A stretch of DNA of 51,359 bases, taken from the NCBI GenBank assembly GCA_913063835.1, contig CAJXZV010000003.1:1-51359 (forward strand). The letters run 5' to 3'. The stretch is from an uncultured Eubacteriales bacterium (GTDB taxonomy: Bacteria; Bacillota; Sulfobacillia; UBA995; UBA9673). This document shows, piece by piece, positions 51,359-51,359 of the stretch. The translations under genes and the position numbers were made by a program. The notes under the pieces are model-generated. The model searched no databases. It was not told where the DNA came from and worked only from the letters and a program-made list of their open reading frames with translations. Each line of letters begins with the position of its first letter. Position 1 is the stretch's first letter.

Positions 51359-51359
51359 G

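Overview
About 49.5 kb of this window (1-49568) is the core translation/transcription supercluster of a high-GC, probably spore-forming Bacillota (Firmicute), all on the minus strand. In reading direction it runs: cysS (3' part)-thyX-rlmB-VanW-like gene-sigH-tRNA(Thr,Tyr,fMet,Thr)-tuf-rpmG-tRNA-Trp-secE-nusG-rplKAJL-rpoBC-L7Ae-rpsLG-fusA-tuf-S10/spc/alpha clusters-ecfA1A2T-truA-rplM-rpsI-cwlD, then a PLP racemase, an AmmeMemoRadiSam pair and carbamate kinase. The last ~1.8 kb (49569-51359) looks like Burkholderiaceae DNA (HlyC/CorC gene plus the pilB 5' end), joined in frame to the cysS 3' end at a (GCC)4 tract; this is most likely an assembly chimera. The best novel candidates are: (i) a kink-turn-containing terminator-like hairpin directly after the gene for the K-turn-binding L7Ae protein and before rpsL; (ii) a cUUCGg hairpin between the SD and start codon of nusG; (iii) a uORF/structured leader before rpoB; (iv) long acidic tails on RpoB, RpoC and NusG plus a lysine-rich repeat tail on uL30; (v) the cwlD-racemase-AmmeMemoRadiSam-arcC cluster behind a possible sporulation promoter. 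All calls come from reading motifs and gene order by eye; no searches or folding programs were run.
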